A stretch of 64,000 nucleotides of DNA from Phoronis australis (Eukaryota; Animalia; Phoronida): assembly GCA_002633005.1 (NCBI GenBank), contig NMRA01000126.1, forward strand, positions 710,155 to 774,154, read 5' to 3'. Positions 37,701 to 62,794 of the stretch are shown piece after piece. Position 1 is the stretch's first letter; every line of letters begins with the position of its first letter. The notes beneath the pieces are model-generated. The model was given only the letters and a program-made list of their open reading frames with translations. It was not told the origin of the DNA and ran no database searches. Position numbers and translations under genes: made by a program.

Positions 37701-40580
37701 TTGCACGAAAGATTCTTGGGGCGCACAACATCTGATCACACTGAAGTTACATCTTACCATCCACATGTGAATCAGATTACACGACCACAAGCTATTTGTG
37801 GAGTCACCAACCGGATGTTTAAGAGTTCACAACTGTCCCACAAGGCACGTGAAAAACGACAGCAGCACCTTAGACGAAATTCCTTGAATTCACGAGGGGC
37901 TGAGATAGAAGTTACTTGCCCTCCAATGAACCGTGTTCAGGCATTATTTAATATTTATTAATGCTCATCAAGAATTTCAAATTAAGACATCATTTGTTAC
38001 AAATAACAAATTATTAGAGTGCAAATTAAATTTCAGGACACAAAACACATTCAATTGACAAGAATAAACTCAAATTTTATGTGTTAGGATTTTAACCCAA
38101 AACACCTACTCTCATATAAGAAGCAAGGGATGGTACAATTTACTGCCTACTCAACAAGAGGAAGATGGTTCCACAGAGAATATTCACCTATAACTTCTCA
38201 ATGCTTACAACAAAAAACTAAGGTTTGTCAACTAGTAAAAGCATATATTTTTTAAAAGAAAAAAGATAAGGGGAATATAAAAATGTGTTTTGTATTTATG
38301 CACCATTATTATTATTACCTTAACACCTTTCTAAGTCAAAATTTCATTTTTAAGAAAGATACACTGATTTCATAGTAAAATAACTCCACGGTTGATGTTA
38401 CTGAAACCTTTTCTAAATGAAAACTTCGGCAATTACCTCAAAAAACCTTTAGAAATTTTTTATTAGACTTTTCGTTTGGTTTCTATGACAAATCAACTCG
38501 CAAAACCTAAGGTATTTTTGTAACAAACGGAAGTCTTATTCGTCTTTGTTACATAACGCAAAAACTAGGCCTTTATAATCAAAAATCCTAAGAGCGTTTT
38601 TGAGACTGAGGAATAAATATTACGATAAGTTTGGAACGTTTCAGCAAAATCCAACAAGCCGTTTTCGAGAACTTGTGTTCCTAAGTTTAAATTAAGTCGA
38701 TTTGCCGAAGCCGAGAAAAGGCCAATAAAACTGAGACGAGTGAAAGTCTCACAATCTTTGGTTAAGTATTCGGTGAAAACTTGTTTTCGGTCAATATAAC
38801 CTATATATGCCTTAACCATGTCAGCTATTTCAACATTTACTCGCGATGTCAACTGAATTTACAGTGCGTAATTAACTTAATTATCGTTAAAATGTACCGT
38901 CCCCAGCCAAGAGGTGGGATCAACTGTTACTGTTTACTTAAAAGTAGGTCAATAGTTCATTGTTATACAAATGGTCTTTACAAATCACAAGCCGGGAGAC
39001 TGATACGAAACCAAGTACGAAATGGTAACAGAAATCGAGTTGGTGGTTAAAGCATGTCACTAGCACTAGATCGAAAGGGCGAAATGTCAAATTACTTATT
39101 GACTTAAGGAATTTGGGTGAGGATTTATCTCTTTTCACAACTTGCTGTATTCGTGACCACAGAGACGTAAGGTTCGTAGCATTTGTTTTCAACGATTATA
39201 TGCATGTAGATGCACAACTCCTTCAGCTCAGGATCATAACTGTTTTGTATTTGTTTTCCCCAGCACTGTTCTGTATACGTTGTTGACTCAATATTATGGT
39301 GGCTCTCTGAATGAAAGGACTAAGGGTACACACGAAGGTGCTCTGTACCTGGCGGAAGATTTGGTTTGAGTTACAGCCCAGTAACCTTTGACCTCGGATA
39401 AGTAGTTAGCAAATATCCATGCAAGTGTGCGGTGCCAAGGTGGTTCTGCTAAATCTTTTTTTTTCTCGCAACGCAGTATACATTTTGTATTTGAAGTTCA
39501 CCGAGAATGAAGATAAGGTATTTTGCTAGACACATAAGAAATACTGCAAAAATGGCCAATTTTTGTGAATAAGGTTTGAGATAATCTTAACACTCTAGGT
39601 TTTTTTCTTGGATGTACATTATTTTCTACTTTAACTCTTTCGTCATATGTAAAAAATTTTGCAAGGGATAACCTCATGTTTAACTTCTTACTTTGGGCAA
39701 AAGCCAAACTTGTGCAGCATGATGCACATTATGGCGAGCCACATACTAATACAAACCTTCATTTACAATGAACATATGTTAGCGCCCAGTCACCAGTTCT
39801 TTTTTACAGAAACTCAAAAGATTTCATTATCTGTGTGGACATTCTGCCATTCCCACCAATCCTTTCAACATCAAATGCTCTCAACAGGTAGGCCTTACTG
39901 AGAGTAACATCAGCTGTGAGACCACAACATATGAGAAAACCACACAGACAAATTTACTATAGGGATACAGTACAAAGCCTGGAGCATTAAGATTTTTATC
40001 GACAAATTGGTGCACGTTATGTATAAAACAATACCAAAACTGACATCGACATGATTAACATTTGAACCAATACAGAAATTTTACAAAATTCACATGATTT
40101 GGTCCAACATTAAATCACAAAGGATTATGGAAGACAATGAGAACTATAAGGATGCCTTCATTAGCATGTCACTTCAACAGACCCAATAAAACTGAAAAAC
40201 AGTAAATAACATCAACCCAATCCCACCACAAGAGAGTTATCTGGCACTACTAATAAACCGGGTTTTGGAGGTAAATTCGAAATCGCATTTACAGTACCTT
40301 ATTCCAGCCTCCCAGATTTGTCACAGTCGTGTACAACAAATACAAATCAACTGGTTTCCCTTGAATCAGAGGTATCTTGTAAAATGGTGTTCTGAAACAA
40401 AGACAAAATCAATTAACGTGCATAAAATGACAAAACATGTTAATAAAAAATTACAGAGTCAAATAACGATAGCAATTTGCAAACTTACCCGCGACTTGTG
40501 TGGAATTTTCGCAAATCTTCCATGAATTTCTGAGATTCTTGTTGGTACGTGAATCGGTCTTTCTTCATGAAGTTTTCCAT
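7638..40580 (-). CDS. ARID2: AT-rich interactive domain protein 2 (BAF200, PBAF subunit), 20 coding exons, ~1463 aa
   Basis: Exons 40489-40580, 40298-40391, 37203-37300, 28706-28869, 26731-26949, 26514-26581, 25924-25996, 24302-24399, 23565-23723, 21178-21484, 20062-20193, 19263-19350, 16205-16339, 14820-14923, 11740-14147 (less a 512-bp artefact), 11141-11282, 10173-10302, 9639-9833, 8781-8872, 7638-7743. All GT-AG and phase-consistent; total 4392 nt. Encodes ARID domain, [12 protein letters not shown] motif, ARM-like region, RFX-type winged helix, two zinc fingers and the [12 protein letters not shown]-terminal motif. Confidence 0.95.
8781..8872 (-). CDS. ARID2: ARID2 exon 19
   Basis: [30 protein letters not shown]; tag/gtatgt boundaries. 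Confidence 0.93.
9639..9833 (-). CDS. ARID2: ARID2 exon 18
   Basis: [10 protein letters not shown]...[15 protein letters not shown]; tag/gtcagt. Confidence 0.9.
10173..10302 (-). CDS. ARID2: ARID2 exon 17 (zinc fingers)
   Basis: [43 protein letters not shown]; tag/gtacga. Confidence 0.92.
11141..11282 (-). CDS. ARID2: ARID2 exon 16 (basic NLS-like tract, start of zinc finger)
   Basis: [19 protein letters not shown]...YVCDWANCK; tag/gtaggt. Confidence 0.9.
11740..14147 (-). CDS. ARID2: ARID2 large low-complexity exon 15 (contains a 511-bp assembly duplication)
   Basis: ORFs 12763-14157 and 11681-12778; acceptor ttccag before 14147, donor gtaaat after 11740; 2408-512 = 1896 nt keeps the frame. 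Confidence 0.88.
12256..13278. repeat. 511-bp direct duplication across a single N (12256-12766 = 12768-13278); probable assembly artefact
   Basis: Copies differ at about 2 positions; N at 12767 lies exactly at the junction. Confidence 0.9.
14820..14923 (-). CDS. ARID2: ARID2 exon 14 (end of RFX-like domain)
   Basis: [29 protein letters not shown]; tag/gttggt. Confidence 0.85.
16205..16339 (-). CDS. ARID2: ARID2 exon 13 (RFX-like winged helix)
   Basis: (W)[30 protein letters not shown]...FFNCVR; cag/gtaaat. Confidence 0.9.
17143..18651 (+). mobile_element. Helentron/HINE-like non-autonomous element, family A copy 1, with internal 450-bp tandem array
   Basis: Start AACAAGAG + hairpin CAACGC-gga-GCGTTG + ATGCGCCCAC; end ACGG microsatellite + hairpin CCACATAT-aa-ATATGTGG + GCACATAA; 450-bp period (e.g. 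17671 vs 18121). Confidence 0.7.
18665..19109 (+). mobile_element. Partial diverged family A element (3' part)
   Basis: Same sub-repeats (CCACTAG motifs at 18768 and 18912) and a GGGCGCATAAAAA terminus. Confidence 0.6.
19263..19350 (-). CDS. ARID2: ARID2 exon 12
   Basis: [29 protein letters not shown]; cag/gtaagt. Confidence 0.85.
20062..20193 (-). CDS. ARID2: ARID2 exon 11
   Basis: [27 protein letters not shown]...; cag/gtaagt. Confidence 0.9.
21178..21484 (-). CDS. ARID2: ARID2 exon 10
   Basis: LTLDPIDF...[11 protein letters not shown]...[19 protein letters not shown]; cag/gtatgt. Confidence 0.93.
21692..23494 (+). mobile_element. Old HINE-like element, family B, with diverged ~115-180-bp sub-repeats
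   Basis: Starts AAACAACT...ATGCGCCCAC; ends in hairpin CATTATATAATG + GCACATAAAA; recurrent CAAGTTTCATTGAAATC motif; single N at 22281. Confidence 0.55.
23565..23723 (-). CDS. ARID2: ARID2 exon 9
   Basis: [33 protein letters not shown]...[10 protein letters not shown]; cag/gtaaca. Confidence 0.93.
24302..24399 (-). CDS. ARID2: ARID2 exon 8
   Basis: ...[15 protein letters not shown]; tag/gtaggt. Confidence 0.9.
25924..25996 (-). CDS. ARID2: ARID2 exon 7
   Basis: [15 protein letters not shown]...; cag/gtacca. Confidence 0.88.
26514..26581 (-). CDS. ARID2: ARID2 exon 6
   Basis: [23 protein letters not shown]; cag/gtacag. Confidence 0.88.
26731..26949 (-). CDS. ARID2: ARID2 exon 5
   Basis: [30 protein letters not shown]; tag/gtgagt. 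Confidence 0.94.
28706..28869 (-). CDS. ARID2: ARID2 exon 4 (end of ARID domain)
   Basis: [12 protein letters not shown]...[10 protein letters not shown]; cag/gtaaag. Confidence 0.92.
30109..30377. mobile_element. MITE with ~32-bp TIRs flanked by TA
   Basis: ta|AGGCCAAAAAAGCATAGTTGGATCTGGTCTGTA ... TACAGAACAGAACCAACTATGCTTTTCTGGCCT|ta. Confidence 0.8.
31128..35221. repeat. 1287-bp near-identical duplication (31128-32414 = 33935-35221), second copy starting right after a single N
   Basis: Constant offset of 2807 (identical ORF pairs in the track); N at 33934; only a few substitutions. Confidence 0.9.
32572..32659. repeat. 44-bp tandem duplication (2 copies)
   Basis: TGATACAACGATTCCCTTTACTGGTAATWACGGTATTTTACAAG x2. 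Confidence 0.9.
37203..37300 (-). CDS. ARID2: ARID2 exon 3 (ARID domain)
   Basis: [33 protein letters not shown]; cag/gtgagt. Confidence 0.92.
38250..38880 (+). mobile_element. Interspersed repeat (probable non-autonomous DNA transposon), homologous to 58700-59240
   Basis: Shared blocks such as AGTCAAAATTTCATTTTTAAGAAAG and the end CAGTGCGTAATyAACTTAA; the TTAA end suggests a TTAA-targeting element. Confidence 0.6.
40298..40391 (-). CDS. ARID2: ARID2 exon 2 (ARID domain)
   Basis: [31 protein letters not shown]; cag/gtactg. Confidence 0.93.
40489..40580 (-). CDS. ARID2: ARID2 exon 1 (start)
   Basis: [31 protein letters not shown]; donor gtaagt. Confidence 0.92.
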
Positions 40581-41100
40581 GTTTGGCTTTGAAGCGAGTC
40601 CACGCTGCGATTGAATATAGAGCGAAATTCAGAAATCATTCATCAATAACAATTACATCTATCCGTATGCAATCAGTAATCCAAATAAAGACCCGATAAA
40701 TAAAGGAAATCCGCGACACGCTGGGGAAACCCTCAATGATCGGGTGCCTCGCTTTCTTCTCGCTTTGAGAGCGTTTCTACACCACAGATCCTCACAATGA
40801 CAACGCGATGCAATCTGTAAGACACTTAAGATGCATTTCATCCACGTATAACATTGTCAAGTGAAACAACGCCGTCAAATTCGCCTTGAAATTTGGTCCA
40901 TCTCGCACATCGGAACGACAAAGTAAAACACAAAAAACATAATGAACGTGCCCTTCCTCAATGCTGCCGAGAGGGGTATGGTCAATTGAGTTTTTCATCG
41001 ACAAATGCAAACAAAATGGCGGCGCGCAGTAGATTCGAACCGGAATCGAAGACACAAATAAAGACCACAAAATGGGCAACGGACTTATATTTCCGACAGT
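40581..41100. promoter_or_regulatory. ARID2 5' UTR / promoter
   Basis: CpG-rich; YY1-consensus CAAAATGGCGGC at ~41012-41023. Confidence 0.55.
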
Positions 41101-43036
41101 GATATACAAAAAAATAAATCTTTAAAGATTCAAGTTCATCTGAAATCAAAATGAGAAAAAATAGAGCCTTTTGTAACGTTTTGGCAAAGTTATTGCAACT
41201 CACGAAGACCGGGTCACAAAGACTGCAGCGTCCATTAACCAACAGAGTCCTCTGCCGGATGATGAAAGGCTGGTTGCTTTGGTTGGAAAATCGCGCGCGA
41301 ACTGATAGCTGCTGATTCTTGCAGGAAAACAGCAGACAACATACGCACTGACTTTGCCTTTAGCCATGCAACTTCAAAACCCACATAAGAATGAGTATCC
41401 GATGAAATATTTGGCATCAACTGGTTTTAGTCGCCGTACCGTTGTTTTACGGAGAGTGACCCGGCAGAAACTGATGACTGACGCGCCGCCGTTAAAGCTG
41501 TTTCCGCCGTATTCTACCTTGTGACTAAGAGAAAGGTACTTCAGGTCTGCGAGTTCTAGCCATTTCTCTTAACACTGAACTACCCAAAGGACGAGCAAAT
41601 TCATCAGTGTATTGACTCAAAGACTGAGTACTATGATTGCCACCGACCGGGAGTGGCGGCCAGCGACGGAGACCCGGCACTGTATGAATTCAATTATTGT
41701 ACTGTCACAGCTACCTCTTCTCATACTATCCATGTCATTCATCTACACGTCGATCTTATCCAAACTAGTCGCAGAGTGCTACTGATTCCGGAATTAGGCT
41801 ATTGAGTTGTTATAGTAATGGGCGTCACTGTCTGAAACCGTATTCAGCTCAGGTGTACGCCAGTTTCATTGAAGCGTATGAGTGGGCGATAAAATATCGG
41901 CAATAGGCCTAAAAAAAACAACCAGAAATGGTATCTGTAAAACTTCGAGGAAACGTTTTTCTATAATGCACGTGCCACGAGAGGCATTGGTGCGACACAA
42001 ATTTCACCCGCGATTTTCAGCACCCCTAACTGTTTTGAATATCGAATTCTGATAAGGGTTAGCCTCAGTTGAGGCGATGGAATTTTCATTGACACACTCA
42101 GGAAATTGTTGTTTGCCAGTGGCCGCGATAAATCCAACACTATAGACACGGTTTCCTTAGTGCTGACCGTCCGCCGTGGCCATCCATGTGGAGACCTGGT
42201 AGGCCCTACAGTCAGGTGACTGAGACGAGAGGCCTGGAGAATAAGCATGGGGCGGATGAACGCCTAAACACCTAATCGCCTGCAGGGCACGTCGGCCGCA
42301 TACATACGCAGTCTACCATTTTTGAAATTTAGCAATCACGCCGAGTAGAAAACAGCAAATTAAGAGAGCGGAGTACGCAATAAGCCTAAAATATCAGCAA
42401 TTAGCGAGAGGATAAAGTCATGTGGTCAGATTTTAATCAAAGTATTCTTATTTAAAAGAATTTGTTACTTTCTTCTATTACATTATTTCCGCCAATTACA
42501 CCACCGGCTCAATGCGATGACGTACATTGCTGAGGACGACTTCGTCGAAAATTGCATAAGGAGTCTGTACAGAAATTTCGCGAGGAGGTGTCGCAAAGTG
42601 CTCCACAGCTGAAGCTAGAAATCACTAGTATTTCTCTTCTCATAGGCGTTGTGCATTGTTACATCTCGACACTTAAACACAAAAAATAGTCAAACGTGAA
42701 TCCGCAAAAACGTGGGAAATTGTCACCCAAATTTTAATCACTTCGTGAGTGTAGACGATCAGGGAAATCTTGCGAGCGTAGTCAATACGTAGATCGAGAC
42801 GATTTATGTCGTATTCAATTACTGCTCTTCCACCACAACCTATATTAGAGCAGTCGGTCTCATCTGAAGCAGGAACGAGGTGAAACATGCAATAAAGTAT
42901 GGCCTCATGTGTCGGGGAAATTTTGACGCTTTTCCTCATGAAAACTAAGCCCGAACGGATCACAACAAATGCCAACGCTCAGTCCCCACGACGCGCTGTC
43001 GGCGGTTAAAAACTGGACCGTGTGCGTTGGAATCGG

Positions 43037-44846
43037 ACAAGAGTAACACGGAGCGTTGAAATGCACCCACGAATCATGCACCGCATTCGGTGTGCTTCTG
43101 GACTCAGGGTATTTATTTGTATCCTAAAAATGGCCACTAGATAGCGCAAAATACGTCGAATACACCCGAAAACGGCAACCATCGTTTCTTTAATAAAAAT
43201 CCATCAAGGAACTTCAGAGTAATAGAGGAAAACGGAAAAAAAAATGAAATTGCCATTAGGGGGACAATGTTCGTCGGATCCGTCTGAAAGTCATCGTCTG
43301 TCAACATCATATAAATATATTTGCTAAATTTAACAAAGATTCTGCAGAGGGTTTAAGAGATACAGCGACATGGAAGCAAAAAAAAAACAAAAAAAAACTA
43401 CCACTAGGAGGGGCATTAGTAGCCGAAGTCGTCAGGAAATCGTCAACCGTTCTGCACTAAGAACACGATGTGCCAAATTTCACAATCCTTAGAACAGTTT
43501 GGTTGGGAGTGGACGCCATAAAACAGACTCAAAAACAGTAAAAATGGAGACAGCACAGCGCAAAACACGTCAAATCCATCCGAAAACGGAAATATGTCAT
43601 CATTTGTTCAATAGTTCTCTATTTACTAAGTTTCAATATATCCGTCAAGGAATTTCAGAAAAACAGAGGAAAACGGAAAAAAATGAAATTGCCACTAGGG
43701 AGCACAGCGATCGTCGGATATGTCTGAATGTTGTTGTCGTCAGGTGTCAACTTCATATAATCACACTTTTTAAATATAATAATTAAGTTCCTGCAGCGGG
43801 TTTAGCTATGGAAAAAAAATGCCACTAGGAGCCGCCAAAGTGGTCGGAAAAACACCGTCAGCAGTCCTCTTCACAGTAGGAACATACATGCCAATTTTTA
43901 AAACTGGTTCCTAGGGTTGACAGAGGGGCAAACGCCAAAAAACAGTGAAAATGACCACAATACCTTGAATCCATCCGGAAATGGAAGGAAGACGTCATCT
44001 AGCTTAGTAATAAGTGCCTACAGGGTATTCACCAAATTTTAAGAAAATCTGTTGAGGATCTTTGATACAGAGTTAAACATAAAAAATTAAAATTGCCACA
44101 AGGGGGCACACCGGTAGTCCAATCTGTCCAAAAGTTGTGGTTGTCCGTTGTCAACTTCATATAAACATCCTGCAGAGCATTTACGGGCGATATAGCCATA
44201 GGCACAAAATCAAACAAAACTTCCGTTACAGGAGGTGCCACAGTACTAAAAAAAATATCAGCTGCCCTCTTTACAGTAAGAACACACCATGGGCGGATCC
44301 AGAGTATTAGTCAGGATTTTGCCTGTCAGACATTGGCACTACCGAACTGTCCAATGGAATCTTGGGAGAATTTTAGAGGGGGCCATGCCCCCCTTGGCCC
44401 CCCCTCCAAATCCGCCACTGCATACATGACAATTTTCAATTTTCATGATAATCCTGAGAGTGGTTTGGTTGGCTCAGGGGCGGATGCCAAAAACCACTCG
44501 AAAACAATCATTGATAAAAATGACCACTAGGTGGTGCAAAATATGTCGAATCCATCCGAAAACAGGAGGATAGCATCATCTGATTAATAGATGCCTATGT
44601 GCCAAGTTTCACAATAATCCGATGAAGACTTTTGAAGATACAGAGGTAATCATAAAATAACGAAAATGGCCACTAGGGGATACACCAGTAGCCGAGTCCG
44701 TCCGAAATTCGTTATCTGTCGCCAGCTTCATAGGAACACGTCTGCCAAAACTAAAGATCTTGTGAGGGGTTTAGGAGATACAGCTGCCGACACCGTACAG
44801 ACAGAGATGACGGCAATGTGCACCCACATCTATGGTCACATAAAAA
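43037..44846 (+). mobile_element. Helentron/HINE-like family A copy 2 (intergenic), with nested MITE
   Basis: ACAAGAGTAACACGGAGCGTTGAAATGCACCCAC start; same ~150-bp sub-repeats; GAGATGACGGCAATGTGCACCCAC...CACATAAAAA end. Confidence 0.7.
44288..44420. mobile_element. MITE (CATGGGCGGAT...ATCCGCCACTG) with 5-bp TSD, nested in a family A element
   Basis: CACAC/CATAC flanks; sister sub-repeats show the empty site (AGTAGGAA-CATAC-ATGCCAATTTT at ~43876). Confidence 0.8.
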
Positions 44847-45449
44847 CGAAAATGGTAAAAATTTGCAATTAAATGGTGGTTACATGACTATAAAAAGTGA
44901 GCAGAATTTTAAGGCATGTAGACTATACAACCTTTTCGATTATGGAGCATTTAAAAAAATTCTAGTTTTACCAACGGAAAATGGACAACTTAAAGTTTCA
45001 AGCTGAACTTGAAAAGAACTTCAGGAAGGTTGAGCTTTTATCTTCTAAAATACTTGTTAAAAACAATCACTTTGGCAGAAGCGATAAGCGAATTTCCTCG
45101 GCAATACAACTGAGAGAGATCCACAAAAAATCGCTACATCAGAACACTTACTCAGTTTACGGCACCAGTAACGTCTATTATAATTTTAATTTTAGAACTT
45201 TATAGTAGAATAATGTTCTACTCCAAAAGACCCACGACATGTAAAACAGGGACGTTAAAAGGTGTCATCATTTTACACCTGATGGATTATGCGCATCAAA
45301 AAGGCAGCTAAAAATGGATGAGAAATCATAGTAACGTTATTTTATAACCATCCTCAATTGAGACCAAGAGGTCAAAACTGGATGAACTACAAGAAATCAT
45401 GAAGCATCATACGGCAGTTAACTTTGCAAAGGCCTCTTGAGTGGCCTCT

Positions 45450-45455
45450 TTTATT
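45450..45455 (-). terminator. Candidate MTF1 polyadenylation signal AATAAA
   Basis: TTTATT on + strand ~950 bp after the MTF1 stop codon. Confidence 0.4.
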
Positions 45456-45944
45456 TAAATAGCACAACAATCGGAATGACTATTCCAAATACATACTTTT
45501 GTAACAAAAATTAAAGATGTGAAAACAAATATTTCACGATCAGGCTCAGCAGCATTGAAGAAAATGACAGAGAGACAGAAAGCAACACGTTTAAGGAGAA
45601 CGAAGTGGAAGAAAATGAATGCACTGGTCTATCACAGTTATGGGGTATTCCAGCGCTCATCTGAGTATATTGGAGGAGCACAACATTAACTTTACACACA
45701 CCTTTACAATGAGCAGATCTCTTGAGAAATACTATGTCAGTGTACTTACACTATGGAAATTTTGTAGATCTGTCCATGCTGACCGACTCATCAGTTTGTA
45801 TTAGTAGCTCATACATTTAATCTGCAGTACAGCTTACTACAGCTTACTACAGCTATTGTGCAGCTTGTCATAAGCGTACACTACACACCACAATTTAGAC
45901 AACAACAGCTAGCTTTGTACAGTACAGACCACTGCTGAAATTTA

Positions 45945-46385
45945 ATAAGTAACTTGCTCTAGCAGTGGTTAGCTACCATGTAATCTGTTCACAGAAAAGT
46001 ACACACCCGTTGATGAAAGTCAATAACTTGTTCACATAGTAGTTAGTATAGGCTACTAAAGTTCATCACACAGCTATATACACCACTGCAGCTAGTCTTG
46101 ATCTCAATCATAGAAAATCATGGCCTACTACATGTTATCTGTAACTTAGTCACAGGAAAATGTACACCACTGCAAATAGGCTGCGAGTTATTCATGAAAA
46201 GGTTAGGCTATTACAACGTGCTGGTAACTTATCCAGAGAAGCATAGAAGACTGCTGCAGCATGCTTGCACCTTATTCACAAAAAAGTATAGATCATTGCA
46301 GCTTGCCTGCAACTTAATCACAAAATGTATGATACAATACACGCGGCCTACAATTTAACCACAGAAAAGTATAGACCATTACACC
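45945..46385. repeat. Degenerate ~42-bp minisatellite in the MTF1 3' UTR
   Basis: Approximate consensus GTAACTTRTTCACAGAAAAGTAYACACCACTGCAGCT at ~45980, 46024, 46141, 46183, 46224, 46267, 46309, 46349. Confidence 0.65.
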
Positions 46386-46400
46386 AGGCCAATATTTTGT

Positions 46401-61004
<14,604 letters not shown>

Positions 61005-61065
61005 GATCACTGGTGACCACGGGGTTTAAAGGAAAATATGACGAGTCGGAAATAGTGACCAACTG

Positions 61066-61507
61066 GTGCTGTGCGTGAACTTGGAATCCTGCTTACTCTC
61101 AAGATCGCGTATGCGTGAACTTAGTGGAATTGAATATTCATTAGTCAATCAAGTGAAATGTTTTGTTCATTGTGAAGAATGTTTGCAGTTATTTGCCTCA
61201 CGTTCACTCATTTTCTCTAAACTGGAACTTGCGTCACAGAATCGGAGGAATGTGTGAATAATTAATATTTTTGGTGAAAAAAATCGCCAATGGTTAAAAG
61301 AGGATGGTTAAAATTTATGTTGTTTTGTGAACATGTAAATTTCTTTAGCGCAGTGCAAATTGTTAACAACATGAACGTTTAGCGACTTCCCATGATCCAT
61401 GAAGAAGTTTAAATAAATAAATGGTGTATTCCAAATTCATAACATATACTAAGTATCTATGTGCATTCGTAATCTTGAGATAGCAATTACCCCAAGTTTA
61501 CGAACAC
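61066..61507. mobile_element. MITE copy A (TIR GTGCTGTGCGTGAACTTGGAATCCTGC...)
   Basis: Left TIR at 61066; degenerate right TIR at ~61470-61507; internally homologous to copy B. Confidence 0.6.
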
Positions 61508-61548
61508 CTTCCATCGCTTCCGTCAAAGATTTGTAGTTTTAGGATGTA

Positions 61549-61984
61549 GTGCTGTGCGTGAACTTGGAATCCTGCCTAATCTCAAGATTAAGCGGAAGTG
61601 AGTGTTGTGTAAACTTGGAATTGAATATTCTTCAAGGCAAAGAGGTGAAATTTTTGTTCGATGAAAAAAACTTTTTTAATTATTGGCCTCACAATCAACC
61701 GTTTCCTCCTTTACCGTAACTTGTGTCGTTGAACCGGAGAAATATACGTGAATGGCTAAATCGATTTTTTTGGTGAAACTGATCGCCTGTAGTTGAACAG
61801 GTTGGTTAAAATTGAAATTATTTTATTCAAATGTAACTTGATTTTGTACAGTGCAAATTTTCATAAACATGAACGCGATTATTTGAGTGAACTAGTCAAG
61901 TTGCCTCGCGTATTCCAAGTTCACGCAATACTCACTTCCACATAATCTTGAGATTAAGCAGGATTCCAAGTTCACGTACAGCAG
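61549..61984. mobile_element. MITE copy B with ~40-bp TIRs
   Basis: GCTGTGCGTGAACTTGGAATCCTGCCTAATCTCAAGATT ... AATCTTGAGATTAAGCAGGATTCCAAGTTCACGTACAGC. Confidence 0.75.
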
Positions 61985-62794
61985 TGTCTTCGCTTCCGTG
62001 CTGTGTTTGGGGCGAATACATATTATATTTTTTGATTATGAATTATGGAGAGTAAAAGCACACAATATATCTAATTATTGTAAATATCGAGAAATTTCAA
62101 ATATACGGAGTTAGAAAGTAGCTTTACTTAAGTTTTACACAAATCTCGTTATCTACGAGATCTTCCTTTTCCCTTCACGGTCCAAGATGGTGGGTTTCAG
62201 TTGTGTTTGGGGTTAATGTTTAATCGTCCGAATCTCACTCTTTCTTCGTGACGGATTTCTTACTCAACTATTTTGATGGTACCAAGCATGTGAAGAGTCC
62301 ATCCGTGTTTTTATTTTCCGTCTTTCACCATTGTTTACGTTTAATAAAGGTTACTTCCAGACGATGTCTTCCTACTTGGGAAAGCAATCGAGCTCATCGT
62401 ATTTTTGCTATTATGTCGTACGCAGTTGTGTCGACGAAGTGTGCTCACTGGCCCATTGCATTGGATGTAACGGGTTCTCTGTAGCAGGGGCCGCTAAATT
62501 CTATTTCTACCAAATGAATTGAGCGGCGCAAACAGGTTCCAGCACTTCACTTCAAGTCTCCAGTGACAACAGGTCGTTTTGTATGCTGTAAAAGTTCATC
62601 CCAGCAACCACAGGCCCACTAATCTATTGGATCTATCTGCTTCTCGTATCCACCACTGACACTTTCACTGTTAAAAACATCATTCAGGTTGAACACTTAA
62701 ATCAGTTGATTCAGAATTTCCTTCTGAAATATTTCAGAAACTCTACAAAATCAGTACGAAACTAATCTCTGAATACATTTCTTTCACTTGATCA

